Shown: positions 9,615 through 18,395, counted from the first letter of the stretch. The stretch: DNA of 64,000 nucleotides from an uncultured Pseudomonadales bacterium (GCA_964406075.1 CAYOQI010000002.1:160565-224564); one strand, 5' to 3'. Notes: a model not told the origin generated them from the letters alone. A program made the numbers and translations.

Positions 9615-9675
9615 TTTCTTACCTCACAGGTAGCTGATACTTCGATGGTGCTCCGAAGAAATTATTGAAGATCAT

Positions 9676-9795
9676 TTACTTCCGCAAAATCTTCTCCATC
9701 ACTTTTCCCTTTGCCAATTCATCGAGGCATGTTCTCAATTCAGCCATCGAAATTTTATTTTTACCACCGACATTAATACCACGTAGAAGAATCAA
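9676..9795 (-). pseudogene. Chimeric gene remnant: DUF1697-like N-terminus joined to a DUF2200-like C-terminal tail
   Basis: The minus-strand frame reads (TTG)LILLRGINVGGKNKISMAELRTCLDELAKGKVMEKILRK*. ILLRGINVGGKNK is the DUF1697 N-terminal signature. DELAKG..MEKILRK* duplicates the end of the intact gene 14023..14400 (about 80% nt identity over ~50 bp by eye). Confidence 0.6.
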
Positions 9796-9808
9796 ATACG
9801 TATTCGTA

Positions 9809-10135
9809 TTAACAACCAGTTGCACCAAGAAAACACGGCATTTGGTCTACGATAATAGTTATAAATGCCCATGCAACAATTCCTTCGAGAATGACTTTGA
9901 GTCCAAGAAAAACATACTCTTTTTCAGTCATCTTTTTCTCACGCAATGAATTCACTATTGAAACCAATAGAAGGATAAAAATAACAGCTTCAATCCATAG
10001 TGCGATAAATAGCTGAATCGGAAAGTTTGACCTTGGAAGATTTGAAGCAGTTATCCATTCCAGAAGTGCAAATGGCGCAACAATGAGGAAACAGAGAAAG
10101 GCTACTAATTTAGGGGTGATTGCAATTTTATTCAC
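9809..10135 (-). CDS. Small membrane protein
   Basis: 108 aa, 3 TM helices, GTG start at 10135..10133. Confidence 0.55.
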   Translation of the reverse strand: MNKIAITPKLVAFLCFLIVAPFALLEWITASNLPRSNFPIQLFIALWIEAVIFILLLVSIVNSLREKKMTEKEYVFLGLKVILEGIVAWAFITIIVDQMPCFLGATGC

Positions 10136-10141
10136 AAGTAA

Positions 10142-10150
10142 ATTATATCA
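10142..10150 (-). promoter_or_regulatory. Extended -10 promoter (TGATATAAT) placing the TSS at or next to the GTG start (leaderless candidate)
   Basis: Minus strand reads TTTGATATAAT-TTACTT-GTG. Only 6 nt separate the -10 box from the start codon, and there is no SD. Confidence 0.4.
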
Positions 10151-10243
10151 AAGTAATTCCGACCAGAGATAAAATGTTGTTCACATTATTAGATCTAATA
10201 GTCAACATCAAAACAACTATGGGATATAAATTTCGCCTGAAAC

Positions 10244-10252
10244 TGGTATAAT
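10244..10252 (+). promoter_or_regulatory. Extended -10 promoter (TGGTATAAT)
   Basis: TGGTATAAT at 10244..10252. There is no good -35, but the TGn extension is present. Confidence 0.45.
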
Positions 10253-10312
10253 TCCCTTCTATTTTAGGTGTAAGAGAGGATCGTTTGTCTTTGATCGTTG
10301 TACTTAATGAGT

Positions 10313-10354
10313 GCAATCATGAAAGGCTAACTTCCTTTCCAGGATTGCTTTTTT
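10313..10354 (+). terminator. Rho-independent terminator/attenuator within the leader of the 10485 operon
   Basis: GCAATC-at-GAAAGG-ctaactt-CCTTTC-cag-GATTGC followed by TTTTTT (10349..10354). Confidence 0.6.
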
Positions 10355-10378
10355 CATTTACGAAAAATAGCGACCCTG

Positions 10379-10401
10379 CATTTAGTAACAAATACTAAAT
10401 G
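10379..10401. promoter_or_regulatory. Perfect 9-bp inverted repeat (CATTTAGTA-ACAAA-TACTAAATG), candidate operator
   Basis: Lies between the leader terminator and the RBS (AGGAGG) of GTG 10485. Confidence 0.35.
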
Positions 10402-10484
10402 AGCTCGTTAACAACTTCAAGAGATTTATTATTTTTTTCTAGGAGTCCTTTTTTTTATAGTTCTCTACAGGAGGTAGGAACATA

Positions 10485-11747
10485 GTGGGAGATCGAGAAA
10501 AGCTCTTCTTTCGTGCCCTGTTCATCACAGGGGTCATCTGTATATTGTTGGGAGTATTTATTACTCTCAACGACCAATACCGGTTTGCTGCACTCGAAGA
10601 ACAGATAACTGCTTTAGAGCTGCAACAAGAAGACCTTAACGAATTGTTGGTGAGTGTGCAAATCGAGCTGGATGCACATCGTCGTGAGTATGCCTCGGTG
10701 CATACCGCTAGTCAATACAATCGTCTTAGTGAAATGCAGACATGGCTAACTGACAGTGGCCAATATAGCACCACAGTTCACGCAGCCCGGGCAGCACAGC
10801 AGGATTCTCGGAATGGTGATCCTTTTGTGTTTGCAGATCTAGCTCAAAACTGGGCCAATGACATCATTGGTTTTCACCAACTGATTCTCGGCGAGTCGAG
10901 TCCCGAACAGCCAAGCTTCTACGAAGCTTTAGGATCGGAAACAGCCCAAGCTCAATCCAGTCTTCGTTCTGCGCACCAAGAGCTGTTAACTCTCCAGACT
11001 TACCTCGGAGAAAAACGCCAAGATGTGTGGAACCGGGAACACGGAGTCGTCTTCAATATCGCAGCAGTTGAGATCCAGATGATCCAACAAGATCTGGACA
11101 GTGTTGATCGGTATTCGACTACCAAACTGGTAGACGATTATGTCGAGTACGATTGGGTTGGCGTGTATCGTCAAGCTCAAGCGGTGAGGACAAGCATTAC
11201 CAATGCTCGCGGTCTGATTGACCAAGAACATCAGCTCAGTCGGAACGCATTTCAGGAGCTAGCAGAAGCTGAGGTAAAAATCCTCAACGCCGATGACTAC
11301 ATCCTGAAGTCGAATTACCGACAGGCGCAAGCATTGGAGGCACTTCGAAATGTGCGTCTTACGTACAATCAGGCGCAAGCGTTTTTCTGGGGTCAACAAT
11401 CCGTACCAAATGGTCAAATTGCTCATCCTGACTATCAGCAAGCGTACAATTTAGCGGTACAGGCACAGTATGAGGCTGATGACGCGTGGTTGATCGCAGC
11501 CACACCAACACCAACTCCGCTTCCAACCGCTACACCAGTCCCTCCACCACCTGATGATGACGATGATGATAGCTTCTTTGGAGGTAGCTCATGCTGTTCA
11601 AGCAGCTATGGTGACTCTGGAGGAACAAGCTTCGGGAGCGATTACGGCTCTGGTGGCTCAAGCTGGAGCGATTCATCAGGAGGATTCAGTGGGAGTGATG
11701 GATTTGGTGGAGGCGATGACGGATTCAGCAGTAGTGATGGATTTTAA
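10485..11747 (+). CDS. Membrane-anchored coiled-coil protein with PT linker and Gly/Ser/Asp-rich C-terminal tail
   Basis: 420 aa. GTG start with AGGAGG 8 nt upstream. One N-terminal TM helix and a long helical region. The tail is ...PPPPDDDDDDSFFGGSS...GGFSGSDGFGGGDDGFSSSDGF. The gene is GC-rich relative to its surroundings. Confidence 0.7.
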   Translation: MGDREKLFFRALFITGVICILLGVFITLNDQYRFAALEEQITALELQQEDLNELLVSVQIELDAHRREYASVHTASQYNRLSEMQTWLTDSGQYSTTVHAARAAQQDSRNGDPFVFADLAQNWANDIIGFHQLILGESSPEQPSFYEALGSETAQAQSSLRSAHQELLTLQTYLGEKRQDVWNREHGVVFNIAAVEIQMIQQDLDSVDRYSTTKLVDDYVEYDWVGVYRQAQAVRTSITNARGLIDQEHQLSRNAFQELAEAEVKILNADDYILKSNYRQAQALEALRNVRLTYNQAQAFFWGQQSVPNGQIAHPDYQQAYNLAVQAQYEADDAWLIAATPTPTPLPTATPVPPPPDDDDDDSFFGGSSCCSSSYGDSGGTSFGSDYGSGGSSWSDSSGGFSGSDGFGGGDDGFSSSDGF

Positions 11748-11765
11748 AGAAAAGGAGCACATAAA

Positions 11766-12578
11766 ATGCACAGCAATGGTCCGCTTTTAGTAGTGATCGG
11801 GGTACTTTGCCTGATAGTGGCAGGGGTGTGGTATCTGTATCACAACCCTCACATTCTCGGCAACTGGGCTACCAACCTCCGTCGTACCCAACGCCATGTT
11901 GAAGACTTTCGTCAGGAAGTCAGGACTGAAGGTCTTCAAGAAGCTATTCAGCCTGAACCCACTCCACTCCAAGAAGAGATGGCGTTTGATCTGTCCGCTG
12001 CTCGTCTGAATGATGAGTTCCATTTTGACCTCAACGGGGATTACAGCCGTGTCAATGGAGTCAAGTTGGTCGTGCGTTTAACCGGAAATCTGATTGCCTT
12101 GATTCCTCCACAGGCACAAGGGGGAAGATATCAGGAAAAAGGTGAGGTTTATGAGGTTATCATTGCCGAAGATCTCGGCGGTGAGGATTATGTCTTAATC
12201 CAGCATAGTGCTGGGTTGATTGTCCTGACTCAAGATGAACCTCTAACAGACGGCCTCAAACAACAATTCAAAGAGGTCGGTCTAGCCTACTCACAAGCAG
12301 GTCAGACAGGAAACGCCCATAGCATTAACCACAAGGGTGTGACACTTACATTTATGGATGTAGGCTATCACCGCTTCGACAGTGAGGACGGGCGCTCTGA
12401 CATTCGTGGGCGCATGTATTTGCCGGAAGCAGATGGTCTGCCCGGCGTAGTCAAATTCGGGTTGTTCCAAGGTGATGATGGGTATCACTACTTCATCGAA
12501 CAACTTTCTCAGGCACAAAGCCTGTTGTGGCGTGGTCACGTGCTTAATGACCAAAACGGCTATATTTTCTCCGCATAA
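11766..12578 (+). CDS. Membrane-anchored protein, possibly DUF4178-like
   Basis: 270 aa with an N-terminal TM helix. The family guess rests only on operon context with a DUF350-like protein and weak pattern similarity. Confidence 0.6.
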   Translation: MHSNGPLLVVIGVLCLIVAGVWYLYHNPHILGNWATNLRRTQRHVEDFRQEVRTEGLQEAIQPEPTPLQEEMAFDLSAARLNDEFHFDLNGDYSRVNGVKLVVRLTGNLIALIPPQAQGGRYQEKGEVYEVIIAEDLGGEDYVLIQHSAGLIVLTQDEPLTDGLKQQFKEVGLAYSQAGQTGNAHSINHKGVTLTFMDVGYHRFDSEDGRSDIRGRMYLPEADGLPGVVKFGLFQGDDGYHYFIEQLSQAQSLLWRGHVLNDQNGYIFSA

Positions 12579-12607
12579 ACGTATAACTAAAGGAAGAAGG
12601 AAAGAAA

Positions 12608-13144
12608 ATGAACACACGCTCTATTAGTGGTGTAGTGAAAGTCGGGTTACTGGCATTGATCCTGTTTGGTGGCGGCCTAGTACTAGGTGGCAATGTAAAT
12701 GCTGAAGTCATTGGCGTAGTGATCGACAAGGTCTTCAAATTTGCAATCTATGCTATCTTGACCTTCATGTTATCGGCCTTCTTGATCAGTGTCTTTTTCG
12801 CTTTGGTGTTAAACACACCGAGACAGATGATAGGACACGTATTGAAGCAGGATAATAACGATAGTTGCGCAATCTTGTTGGTCAGCATCCTCCTGTCGGT
12901 GGTTTGCCTCGTTTTAGGATCAGGGGGTAACGATTTCTGGAGCTATGTTGGTGATCTGCTCCTCAATACAGCCCTTGCTCTCGCATTAAGCACAATCAGC
13001 ATCCCGATCATTCTGAAGATGGTCTTCGGTATAAAATCCCAGAACGATCTCATTGAATCAATTCGAGAACCGTTCAACAACAACGACGCGTGGTTGATTG
13101 CCGGCCTCATGTTAGCGTGCGCAGCGCTGACAGTGATTCTGTAA
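12608..13144 (+). CDS. Integral membrane protein with two DUF350-like repeats
   Basis: 178 aa. Two similar TM-pair halves each end in a polar ...N(N)D.A...(A/S)G motif. Confidence 0.6.
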   Translation: MNTRSISGVVKVGLLALILFGGGLVLGGNVNAEVIGVVIDKVFKFAIYAILTFMLSAFLISVFFALVLNTPRQMIGHVLKQDNNDSCAILLVSILLSVVCLVLGSGGNDFWSYVGDLLLNTALALALSTISIPIILKMVFGIKSQNDLIESIREPFNNNDAWLIAGLMLACAALTVIL

Positions 13145-13171
13145 GACCATCAATCTCTTGAAGTTCTACCA

Positions 13172-13204
13172 ATCGGTGTGGTGGGTTACCCCCACCACAC
13201 CGAT
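13172..13204 (+). terminator. Strong GC hairpin after the three-gene operon
   Basis: ATCGGTGTGGTGGG-TTAC(C)-CCCACCACACCGAT, a 12-14 bp stem. The following T-run is weak. Confidence 0.5.
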
Positions 13205-13294
13205 ACTTCATTTTCCATATCATTTCACTATTAATTGAGTTATTTACCTACTAGTAGAAGTAGAAAAAGGTGAAAACCTATTTTTTTAAGCCAA

Positions 13295-13603
13295 CTAAGC
13301 TTTTCGCTTAGATTTTTTATTTAGCACATGTTGCACTGACGGACTAATTTTTTTATCTGAGCGATGAATACACCCAATCCAGCAACACGGTCGACGCATT
13401 CCTTCTTTGAGTTCGGTGATCGTCCTTTTAACATGCTCTGTTCTCGTCTCTTCTTTCTTTACAAACGTCACCCAACAGATCCATTCATTGCGAGCCAGAG
13501 GAGTGAGATCCTCCCATTTTTCAAGAGCAGGAGCATTAGCAGTTAACGCTTTCTGTAAATCTGCTGGAAGTTCGTGAGCGACGCCACCTGAAATGGTAGA
13601 CAT
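13295..13603 (-). CDS. YdeI/OmpD-associated family protein
   Basis: LPADLQKAL...WEDLTPLARNEWICWV...KKEETR fits the YdeI C-terminal domain pattern. ATG 13603 (MSTISGG) is preferred because it abuts the upstream stop. Confidence 0.6.
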   Translation of the reverse strand: MSTISGGVAHELPADLQKALTANAPALEKWEDLTPLARNEWICWVTFVKKEETRTEHVKRTITELKEGMRRPCCWIGCIHRSDKKISPSVQHVLNKKSKRKA

Positions 13604-13604
13604 A

Positions 13605-14003
13605 TTATTTTTTACCTTCAAGGTTAAGAGTTACAGCTGCTTTAATGAGGTCTTTAAATGCTTTTTCATCAAACTTATCTTCTTCATGAATGACGATAGC
13701 TCGATAAGTATTGATCAGACTTTGCGGATCACTACTTTCTTTAAGAAGTTTTCCTTTTGATAATCCTAATCTCAGATGTTTATTGTATACCTCACCAGTA
13801 GAAATTATTCCGTGGTGATACCACACGAGCACTCCATTTGGATTTGTCTTTGTTTTATATTTTACCTCCTCAATCATTTCTGGATCTGCTTCCCTGATAA
13901 GTTCACGAATCCGCGACATAACCTTCCCACGCCAATCATCTGGAATTTTAAACTCTGAATTATTTGAAACCTGCCTGCCGGCAGGCAGGATATCTCTAGT
14001 CAT
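13605..14003 (-). CDS. DUF1801 domain protein
   Basis: DDWRGKVMSRIRELIREADPEMIEEVKYKTK...VLVWYHHGIISTGEVYNKHLRLGLSKG fits DUF1801. The N-terminus MTRDILPAGRQV is encoded across palindrome copy 2. Confidence 0.7.
   Translation of the reverse strand: MTRDILPAGRQVSNNSEFKIPDDWRGKVMSRIRELIREADPEMIEEVKYKTKTNPNGVLVWYHHGIISTGEVYNKHLRLGLSKGKLLKESSDPQSLINTYRAIVIHEEDKFDEKAFKDLIKAAVTLNLEGKK
13970..13989. repeat. GC palindrome copy 2 (CCTGCCTGCCGGCAGGCAGG)
   Basis: Perfect 20-bp palindrome inside codons 6-12 (LPAGRQV) of CDS 13605..14003. Confidence 0.9.
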
Positions 14004-14022
14004 AGGGATATTTTAACAAATA

Positions 14023-14400
14023 TTATTTCCGTAGAATTTTCTCCATCGGTCTTCCCTTTGCCAATTCATCAATCAGCTTATCCAAATAACGAACCTCTTG
14101 CATAATGCGATCTTCAATTTCTTCCACTCGGACTCCACAAATGACTCCTGTGATTAATTTGCGGTTTGAATTCATGTTGGGAGCGTGAGTAAAGAAGTCT
14201 TCAAAGTTTGTTTGTTTTTCAAGCTCGGTTTCTAACTCTTTCTGACTATATCCGGTTAACCATAAAATAATTTCATCGACTTCTGCTTTCGTCCGTCCCT
14301 TTTTCTCCGCCTTCTGGATATAAAAAGGATAAACGCTTGCCACACTCAATGCATATATTCGTTGGAGTGTTTTTTCGTTTTGTTTCATATTTTGTATCAA
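14023..14400 (-). CDS. DUF2200 domain protein
   Basis: 125 aa. [32 protein letters not shown] is typical of DUF2200. Confidence 0.7.
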   Translation of the reverse strand: MIQNMKQNEKTLQRIYALSVASVYPFYIQKAEKKGRTKAEVDEIILWLTGYSQKELETELEKQTNFEDFFTHAPNMNSNRKLITGVICGVRVEEIEDRIMQEVRYLDKLIDELAKGRPMEKILRK

Positions 14401-14993
14401 AACGAGCCCGTCTTCACTTCACCAGCACGTTGAAAGTTTGCAAAGATGACCCCACTGGGAGAAACTTTTGACTCTGTTAATTTAAATGCGACCGGAATTG
14501 CTCCATCTTGAAACAACCGTTTTCCTTTTCCAAGCGTGATCGGGAAGATTTTTAGCCACAGCTCATCCACTAAGTCATTTTTTAATAAAGTTTGGATCAG
14601 ATTTGCTGAACCATGAACTTGGATATCAGGCCCTTTTTCATCTTTGATTTTTTTTAATTCGGCTGCAACATCACCCTTTATAAAAACTGAATTTTGCCAT
14701 TCGGATGATGAAAGAGTGTTTGACACGACATACTTAGTCGCTTCGTTCACACCTGGCCAGACATCCGCATGCTGTGGCCAATATGAAGCAAAAATGTCAA
14801 ATGTTTTTCTACCCAGAAGCAGACTAAAGGGTCCTTTCATCTGTTCACTCATAATGTTCCCTGCAAATTCATCGAAATACGGAACAGTCCACCCACCGTA
14901 TTTAAAATCACCGGAAGTATCTTCTTCAGGTCCACCAGGCGCCTGCATCACGCCATCAAGTGATATAAAAGAGAGGACAATTATTTTTCTCAT
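14397..14993 (-). CDS. Dihydrofolate reductase family protein (RibD C-terminal domain-like)
   Basis: [25 protein letters not shown]...GGW...[11 protein letters not shown]...[12 protein letters not shown]...[19 protein letters not shown]. Confidence 0.8.
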   Translation of the reverse strand: MRKIIVLSFISLDGVMQAPGGPEEDTSGDFKYGGWTVPYFDEFAGNIMSEQMKGPFSLLLGRKTFDIFASYWPQHADVWPGVNEATKYVVSNTLSSSEWQNSVFIKGDVAAELKKIKDEKGPDIQVHGSANLIQTLLKNDLVDELWLKIFPITLGKGKRLFQDGAIPVAFKLTESKVSPSGVIFANFQRAGEVKTGSF

Positions 14994-15084
14994 ATGCTTA
15001 GTTTAACATGCAGTTTGAGATGTGAATTTCCTTTAGGAATGAGTGTGCCCAACAAGTGTAGGAAAATAAGAGTATATTCTCAGT

Positions 15085-15357
15085 ATGACCACAAAAAAAC
15101 TCATTTCAGTAGAAGAAGCCAAACAAATCGGTGAACAACTCAGTATCACCTGGGATAAATTCGACGTTGATCAATATAAAATAGGTATGGAAGTAGAACT
15201 AGAACATGGAACTGCGAATCCACTTACAAATGTTACAAACGACGACTTGCTCACTACAGGGAAAATTGCCCTCGCACATCTCAATGAATTTCCTGATTAC
15301 TACACACGTTTGTTGAAAATGGAAAAAGAAGCCGAAAGTGAACCCACAGACAAATAA
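15085..15357 (+). CDS. Small conserved protein (DUF5661-like)
   Basis: 90 aa. GMEVELEHGT...ALAHLNEFPDYYTRL. Confidence 0.5.
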   Translation: MTTKKLISVEEAKQIGEQLSITWDKFDVDQYKIGMEVELEHGTANPLTNVTNDDLLTTGKIALAHLNEFPDYYTRLLKMEKEAESEPTDK

Positions 15358-15401
15358 CTTAAATCTGTAAAAATTCCTGAAAATGTAATGAAGAAATTAC
15401 A

Positions 15402-15818
15402 CTACTCGGATGAGCTGACAATCTCCCAAAGATGACCGTCGATGTCTTGAAAAAAACCTGAATAAACACCTCCACCACGATCATGAGCAGTATTTGCGAT
15501 TGTCGCACCGGCTGCCTGAGCTTTATTCATAATTAAATCTACTTCTGCTTTTGATTCAACTTGATGCATAAGCGTGAATTCCAAGGAACTTGATGATGTA
15601 AGAGCAAGATTTGTATCTTTAGCTAGGTTCTTTTTTGGATAGAGGGATAGTATTAATCCACCTTCTAACATAAATAATGCAATCCGCCCCTCATCATCAG
15701 GCTCATCACTGGTAGGCACAATTCCATCTGTTGGTAGTCCTAATCCATCACGGTAAAAAGATACTGACTTTTCTAAATCGTTAACTGAGAGTGTTATAGA
15801 AGTTATTTTAGGATTCAT
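15402..15818 (-). CDS. VOC/glyoxalase family protein
   Basis: 138 aa. ITLSVNDLEKSVSFYRDGLGL...GFFQDIDGHLWEIV. Confidence 0.8.
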   Translation of the reverse strand: MNPKITSITLSVNDLEKSVSFYRDGLGLPTDGIVPTSDEPDDEGRIALFMLEGGLILSLYPKKNLAKDTNLALTSSSSLEFTLMHQVESKAEVDLIMNKAQAAGATIANTAHDRGGGVYSGFFQDIDGHLWEIVSSSE

Positions 15819-15845
15819 AGTATTTGTTTTAATACTTATATAAGG

Positions 15846-16724
15846 CTAAGGGTTTAACGCAATTAAAGCTGCACCGACTAACATAATTAATCCAGCAAGG
15901 AAATGCTTCAGAAGACCTTTTTCTTTAAAAAATGTTCCTGACAAAACTATCGTTAATAAAATATTTAAAGAGACAATAACAGTAACAAAGGTTACCTTCC
16001 CTATACTAACAGCTTTCGTTCCAACAAATATGGAAAGCCCATAAAAAATCCCCATCATTAGGATTGACTTGCTACTGACAAGTATATCTTGCAACTTCCC
16101 TTTTCCTTTAGCTAAAAATAATAAGGTCAGTGGAATTGCTGTAATTGAAAAATAAACTGCAGCAAAAAATTGTGATGAAGAATATAGGATTGCCATTTTT
16201 TGAATAGGAACATTTATTCCAACTATCAAACCAAATAAGAGGATTAAAAGAACACCTTTTTCTTTCGTAAGCTTCATAAAAGGATAAAAAATATTTTTAC
16301 TAAGACTGAAGTCAAAATTAAGCACGTAAATGCCAAGTACAAAGAGTAACAACGCAATACCGTGAATAACGGTCAATTTCTCACCTAAAATAAAATATGC
16401 ACCAACTGCAGTAAATAAAATATTTAATGAAGTTACTGGAGTAATTAAGGAGAGTGGAGAGATTTTGACAGCCTTAAAATAGCATACAGTGCAAGCGATT
16501 TCTAAAGGCACCATGATAAATAACAATAGCCAGAATCTGCTATCTATAACCGGCAGGCCATTTTCCAACAAAGCAATCCAAAGTACTGGCAAAGCAAAAA
16601 TTGAACGGAGCCAAGCCACTGAATACTCATTGAGTTTGGCATTATTGCTTACCTGTTTTGTTGCTAAGTTAGCGATAGTAACAAAAACAGCAGCAAGAAG
16701 CGATAAAAAAAACCAACTAGTCAT
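15846..16724 (-). CDS. EamA/DMT-family transporter
   Basis: 292 aa, ~10 TM helices, duplicated EamA-like halves. Confidence 0.75.
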   Translation of the reverse strand: MTSWFFLSLLAAVFVTIANLATKQVSNNAKLNEYSVAWLRSIFALPVLWIALLENGLPVIDSRFWLLLFIMVPLEIACTVCYFKAVKISPLSLITPVTSLNILFTAVGAYFILGEKLTVIHGIALLLFVLGIYVLNFDFSLSKNIFYPFMKLTKEKGVLLILLFGLIVGINVPIQKMAILYSSSQFFAAVYFSITAIPLTLLFLAKGKGKLQDILVSSKSILMMGIFYGLSIFVGTKAVSIGKVTFVTVIVSLNILLTIVLSGTFFKEKGLLKHFLAGLIMLVGAALIALNP

Positions 16725-16811
16725 GAGACAATTGTACAGAAGGATGAAGAATTTTGTTCAAAGGGCTAAAGTTCGAACCTATGTAATGAATACTGCTCTA
16801 TAACACAAGTT

Positions 16812-17315
16812 TTATTCGCCAGCTTTTCGGATTGTTTCGAGATCAAGTTTTTTCATAGGCATAAATGCTGCAGTTACTGCCTCTGCCTTTTCGGGATTAC
16901 GCATTAGTTCGTCTAGGATTCTTGGTGTTACTTGCCACGTTACCCCAAATTTATCTGTGCACCATCCGCATTGCTCAGCTTCAGGAACAGCTGAAAGCTT
17001 TTCCCAGAAGTAATCAATTTCTTCTTGTGTTTCACACTCAATAATATATGAGGTTGATCCATTGAGCTTATATTGCTCCATAGGACCACCGTTCAGAAAC
17101 ATAAAGCTAATTCCATCAAGTTCGCATTCAGCTGTCAGAACGGATCCCTCAGGCATTGCAAACGGAGCATCCGCAGATGGCTTAGGTGTTTTTGTGATAT
17201 CTCCAAGTTTTGCGGTGTGTTCACCAGGAGCTGAATTGAATGTATCTATGTAGTAATTTGCTGCCTCGTCTCCGTTGTTGTTGACAAACCAGAGGCATGT
17301 AATTAATTTACTCAT
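16812..17315 (-). CDS. VOC-fold protein, 3-demethylubiquinone-9 3-methyltransferase-domain (PhnB-like) family
   Basis: ATG 17315 (MSKLITCLWF) with GAGGAG RBS. Motifs LWF...AANYYIDTF and KFGVTWQV. Confidence 0.7.
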   Translation of the reverse strand: MSKLITCLWFVNNNGDEAANYYIDTFNSAPGEHTAKLGDITKTPKPSADAPFAMPEGSVLTAECELDGISFMFLNGGPMEQYKLNGSTSYIIECETQEEIDYFWEKLSAVPEAEQCGWCTDKFGVTWQVTPRILDELMRNPEKAEAVTAAFMPMKKLDLETIRKAGE

Positions 17316-17358
17316 GTTATTTCTCCTCACATATTGTAAGAACTTTTCTTATATGTAT

Positions 17359-17787
17359 TTATTTCTCACTGGAAAATTCGATAATCCACTCAATACCGTA
17401 CTTATCTCGGAACATACCCGCATACGAACCCCACGGACTGTCTCCCATAGGACCTTCTACTTCTCCGCCCGCCGAAAGGCCAGTAAATAATCTCTCTGCC
17501 TCTTCTTTACTTTCCGTTCGTACTAAAATCTTGCTTCTATTTTCATGCTCATTTACTTTCCCCAGAACTTCCGGAACATCATTTGCTATCAACATCGCAC
17601 CTGTACCAATAGGTAAGGCGATATACATTATTTTATTTTCTTCTTTTTCTGGAATTGGGAATTCAGCACTCGCGATATCTTTGAAACGTACTACTTTCGT
17701 AAACTCTCCACCAAAAACTGATTTATAAAACGTAAATGCTTCTTCTGCATTACCGTTAAAGTTAATCCAAGTATTTATTGTTGTCAT
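17359..17787 (-). CDS. PhnB-like VOC family protein
   Basis: INTWINFNGNAEEAFTFYKSVFGGEF...DKYGIEWII. Confidence 0.75.
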   Translation of the reverse strand: MTTINTWINFNGNAEEAFTFYKSVFGGEFTKVVRFKDIASAEFPIPEKEENKIMYIALPIGTGAMLIANDVPEVLGKVNEHENRSKILVRTESKEEAERLFTGLSAGGEVEGPMGDSPWGSYAGMFRDKYGIEWIIEFSSEK

Positions 17788-17817
17788 ACGTATTCCCTAC
17801 TAAAATTAGTTAGACGT

Positions 17818-18009
17818 TTAGAAAGCTTTTGTCGCGCCGTTTTCTAGTGCTTTTTCAGCATTGTCTTTAGACATCATTGCACAAACAGTTGTTCCGCACT
17901 TCTCGTGCTTTCCTTTTGCCATGAAACCACCTTTTTTAGTTTGGTGAATCTCTGGTGCTGACAATTCAACACCTTTTTCTTTACATTTAACGCAATATCC
18001 TGTAACCAT
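17818..18009 (-). CDS. Small Cys-containing protein (DUF5679-like)
   Basis: 63 aa. GYCVKCKEK...HEKCGTTVC. Confidence 0.5.
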   Translation of the reverse strand: MVTGYCVKCKEKGVELSAPEIHQTKKGGFMAKGKHEKCGTTVCAMMSKDNAEKALENGATKAF

Positions 18010-18153
18010 ATCTATCTCCCTTTAAATATATCTGGTTACATTCTACCCCATTTTAGAGGGCACATCGCATTCGTTGGAAGATTGAGAGTAAACCACGAAA
18101 TTCTACGCCTGGAAGATATAAAAATGGCCTAGTTATACATACCATTTTTACAT

Positions 18154-18172
18154 GCTCCCCGCCATCGAAAAA
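18154..18172 (-). repeat. tRNA-Asn 3'-end-like repeat A
   Basis: Minus strand reads TTTTTCGATGGCGGGGAGC. It is intergenic and in the same orientation as tRNA-Asn. Confidence 0.6.
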
Positions 18173-18185
18173 GTCAGGAACGCTT

Positions 18186-18395
18186 TTACTTAATAAGAGT
18201 CTTTTTGTACGGTTTTCCTTTTAAGTCGTAGGTAGTCCATTCACCAACTTGCTTACCATCTTTAAAATTACCTGAACGTAACTTAGTACCATCTTTTCTA
18301 AACCATTCCCAATAACCAACTTGAACATCATTTTCCATCTCACCTGTAGCCCAAACACTGCCATCTTTGTGAAGCTTTTTATACTTTTTTCTCAT
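18186..18395 (-). CDS. MORN-repeat protein (YwqK-like)
   Basis: 69 aa. DG..W..GE..ND...G.WEWF..DG......F.DGK..GEW repeats. Confidence 0.65.
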   Translation of the reverse strand: MRKKYKKLHKDGSVWATGEMENDVQVGYWEWFRKDGTKLRSGNFKDGKQVGEWTTYDLKGKPYKKTLIK

